Assembly (NCBI GenBank): GCA_963707985.1
Contig: CAVPRW010000031.1
Location: forward strand, 224,001-288,000
Length of the DNA: 64,000 nucleotides
Source: an uncultured Nitrospinota bacterium
GTDB taxonomy: Bacteria > Tectomicrobia > Entotheonellia > J063 > CAVPRW01
Direction of reading: 5' to 3'
Each line of letters begins with the position of its first letter. Position 1 is the stretch's first letter. The position numbers and the translations under genes were made by a program. The notes under the pieces are model-generated. The model had not been told where the DNA came from and made no database searches. It saw only the letters and a program-made list of their open reading frames with translations. This document shows, piece after piece, positions 61,453 through 64,000 of this stretch.

Positions 61453-61666
61453 TTGCGAAGAAGTACATTATCGGCATAGGCGTATTCGTCTCACGTGGAT
61501 GTAGCGAATCCACGTCCGCGACGCCACTTCCCACGACGAGATGACCGATCGGTGGGGGAGAGACAAAGGACATCGTTTGGCGCTATGCATACTGGCAAAA
61601 GCGTCGACGATAGCAACTGAAGTGTGTAGGCAGGTTTGGTCTAAGGATCCAAAGAAGGAAGGCGCC

Positions 61667-62119
61667 ATGCGCGCTCAGTGCGTCGCATGGTTGGCAGTGT
61701 TGGTGTTGGCGAACCATCCTACCCTCGCCTTGGGCCAATTATCCTCATGTCCCGGAATTCACGTGCAAATCCTGAACATTCGTAACAGCACTGGAACCGT
61801 CGATTGCGCCCTTTTCGACGCGCCCATTGGTTTCCCGATTGAGGTGCTGCGCTCGGCCACAAATGTAATGGTGATCAAAGTGCGGCATACGCAAGCGCGT
61901 TGCGACTTTGAAGACATCCTGCCGGGAACGTATGCGCTGGCCGTTATTCATGACGAAAATAGCAACGGCAAGCTTGACACCAATTGGCTGGGGGTACCCA
62001 CGGAAGGCTATGGCTTTTCAAATGATGCAAAAGCCCTGCTCGGCGCGCCATCGTTTGCTGCCGCCAGCTTTGCATTTGACGGGCGAAATCTAGAGCTGAC
62101 GATCCGCTTGCAGTACTGA
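61667..62119 (+). CDS. DUF2141 family exported protein
   Basis: PG.YALAV.HDENSNGKLD.NWLG.P.EGYGFSN. Confidence 0.88.
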   Translation: MRAQCVAWLAVLVLANHPTLALGQLSSCPGIHVQILNIRNSTGTVDCALFDAPIGFPIEVLRSATNVMVIKVRHTQARCDFEDILPGTYALAVIHDENSNGKLDTNWLGVPTEGYGFSNDAKALLGAPSFAAASFAFDGRNLELTIRLQY

Positions 62120-62271
62120 GGACTGGTGGGACTCGACTTAGGCCTATCGGGCTGCTCACAGCGGTTGTGAGGGTCCATGCCAGTATGCCCTATCGTAGAC
62201 GCGTTGCGATGGGCCAGTGACGCGTGCCACTAGACAGGCCCGAGACTTTGCACCATAAAAGGAGAACAGCG

Positions 62272-62664
62272 ATGCGCAACACGATTGTAGCCGGGCTCAT
62301 GGGCGTGATGATGGCCGTCGCCGCTGTGGACGTGGCGGCCCAAGTTGCGGGCTCGACAACTACGGGGGTGACTATTGAGGAGATCAAGACCATCGCCCTC
62401 GGATGGAGCGCGAAGAAGCAGATCCTCGGCAAGTCCGTGTACAATGACAAAGACGAAAAGGTAGGGGACGTGGACGACCTCATCATCGCACCTGACAGCT
62501 CCGTCTCTTATGCCATTATCGGCGTAGGGGGGTTCCTTGGTCTCGGCGAACGCCAGGTGGCGATTCCCGTCAACCATTTCAAGAGTGGCGACGGCAGGAT
62601 TGTATTGCCGGGCGCGACGAAAGACGCACTGCAGGCTATGCCGTCTTTCCAATATGCCAAGTAA
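62272..62664 (+). CDS. PRC-barrel domain exported protein
   Basis: LGKSVYN..EKVG.VDDLII, AIIGVGGFLGLGE..VAIP. Confidence 0.9.
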   Translation: MRNTIVAGLMGVMMAVAAVDVAAQVAGSTTTGVTIEEIKTIALGWSAKKQILGKSVYNDKDEKVGDVDDLIIAPDSSVSYAIIGVGGFLGLGERQVAIPVNHFKSGDGRIVLPGATKDALQAMPSFQYAK

Positions 62665-62719
62665 CGCAAGGCAGGTTCGTTAGGCACGGTGTGGGAGTAG
62701 TTACCCTGCTCACCGCTAG

Positions 62720-62787
62720 GATCGTCGCAAGATTTCAACATTTTCAGCAGGAATTTCACAGACGGCACGGGACGCCTGCGGTATAGT
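62720..62787 (+). promoter_or_regulatory. Putative AraC-type operator/promoter of the AI-2E gene (copy 2)
   Basis: Same 41-bp core as 59602-59642; TATAGT at 62782. Confidence 0.65.
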
Positions 62788-62905
62788 TTGATGCCCAAGT
62801 CGACACGTATCTCGCAAGTATTGGAGGTCTATCACTCTGCTGCGGGACCATGGCCAGGGGCCGCGTGCAGTTGAAACGATGCGGAGAGCTACTAAGGAAA
62901 TCATC

Positions 62906-64000
62906 ATGCCCGCTGTGGTACGCAAGCCGCCACTGTTTTATGCCCTTGCCAGTTTCGTCCTGGTCATTGCGTGTCTGTATTGGGGACGCGTGGTGCTGAT
63001 CCCGGTGGCGCTGGCCATCTTGCTGACCTTCTTGTTGAATCCGGTCGTCAGCATGCTCCAACGCCTCGGGCTCGGACGCACGCCGCCGGTGATCCTGATC
63101 GTGGTGCTGGCGTTTGTCATCCTCGGTGGCATTGGCTGGGCGGTGACGGGCCAGCTCGCAACGCTCGCGAACGAGCTGCCACAATATACGAGCAACCTCA
63201 AGACACAAGATTGCCGATCTGCGGGGAGCCAGCCAAGGCGGCATCGTCGAGAAGCTCGAACGGACAGTCGGGGAACTCCTCGACGAGCTGCACAAGACCG
63301 ACTCGCCTCGGCAAGGCAGCCCGCTTGCACAGGACACGGAAAAGCCGGTGCTCGTGGCCGTTCAAGCACCGTCCGTCCTCTGGCAGCTGCCGACACTGTT
63401 CGAGCCGTTGGCGACTGCCGGTCTGGTGCTGGTGTTGGTGATCTTCATGCTTCTCAAGCATGCCGACCTGCGCAATCGGCTGATTGCCCTCGCCGGCTAC
63501 GGCCAGATGACGCTGGCCACCAAAGCGCTGGATGAGGCCGGCCAGCGCATTAGCCGCTACTTACTTATGCAGTCGCTCATCAATGGCAGCTATGGGGTTG
63601 CAGTGGGCCTTGGGCTGTTTCTGATCGGCGTACCATATGCCGTTCTCTGGGGGTTTCTGGCGGCCGCCTTGCGGTTTATCCCATACGTCGGTCCGGCGGT
63701 GTCGGCACTCCTCCCGACCGCCCTCAGCCTGGCCGTCTTCCCTGGGTGGGGGCAGCCACTTATGGTCGTCGGCCTCATCGTGCTGCTGGAACTCTCAAGC
63801 AACATGGTCATGGAGCCGTTGCTCTATGGCCAGAGCGCTGGCGTCTCAGCCGTGGCGCTGCTGGTGGCGATCGCCTTTTGGACGTGGCTGTGGGGGCCCG
63901 TCGGACTGCTCCTGGCCACCCCGCTGACCGTGTGCCTGGGTGTACTCGGCAAATACGTTCCGCAGCTGAAGTTCGTCGGGGTGCTGATAGGCGAAGAGGC
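62906..64000 (+). CDS. AI-2E family transporter, frameshifted, 3' partial
   Basis: VLIPVALAILLTFLL.P.V, ISRYLL.Q, LRFIPYVG, EPLLYG, WLWGPVGL.LA.PLTVC. Confidence 0.88.

Overview
GC-rich bacterial window with many single-base frameshifts, probably in part long-read assembly error. It has five parts. (1) 1-15.4 kb: a surface glycoconjugate/export cluster with two AlkP-superfamily (COG3379-like) proteins, a SAM methyltransferase, MFP+TolC, an LpxL-like acyltransferase, a Wzx-like flippase, a TPR membrane protein, a GT-C/PMT-like transferase, a GH-like TIM barrel and PhoD. (2) 15.5-20 kb: IS debris, a bounded ISL3 element, two tandem paralogous secreted 4-Cys proteins and a second GH-like gene. 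(3) 20.4-29.4 kb: a sulfate activation/uptake block: cysC fused to an RHH-like 'RLxxLGY' domain, sat, a third AlkP-family gene, a Tat-exported sulfatase and cysTWA without a binding protein. (4) 29.7-37.9 kb: a decayed integron, with a dead intI C-terminal fragment, an IS481 remnant and at least 4 complete plus 3-4 partial attC sites. Its cassettes are mostly toxin-antitoxin pairs, including one uncharacterised two-gene cassette. (5) 37.9-64 kb: metabolic genes (TenA, PhzF, class III aminotransferase, P-type ATPase, USP, EamA, VOC, LLM, P450, DUF1800, NHL), a ParA/ParG-like remnant and a stress cluster (CsbD, HflKC, variant Dps, AraC with two identical 41-bp sites, DUF2141, PRC-barrel, AI-2E). 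The best leads are the sulfate-activation/AlkP system sharing the RLxxLGY tail and the TA-rich integron array. All family calls come from motif recognition by eye; no database search was run.
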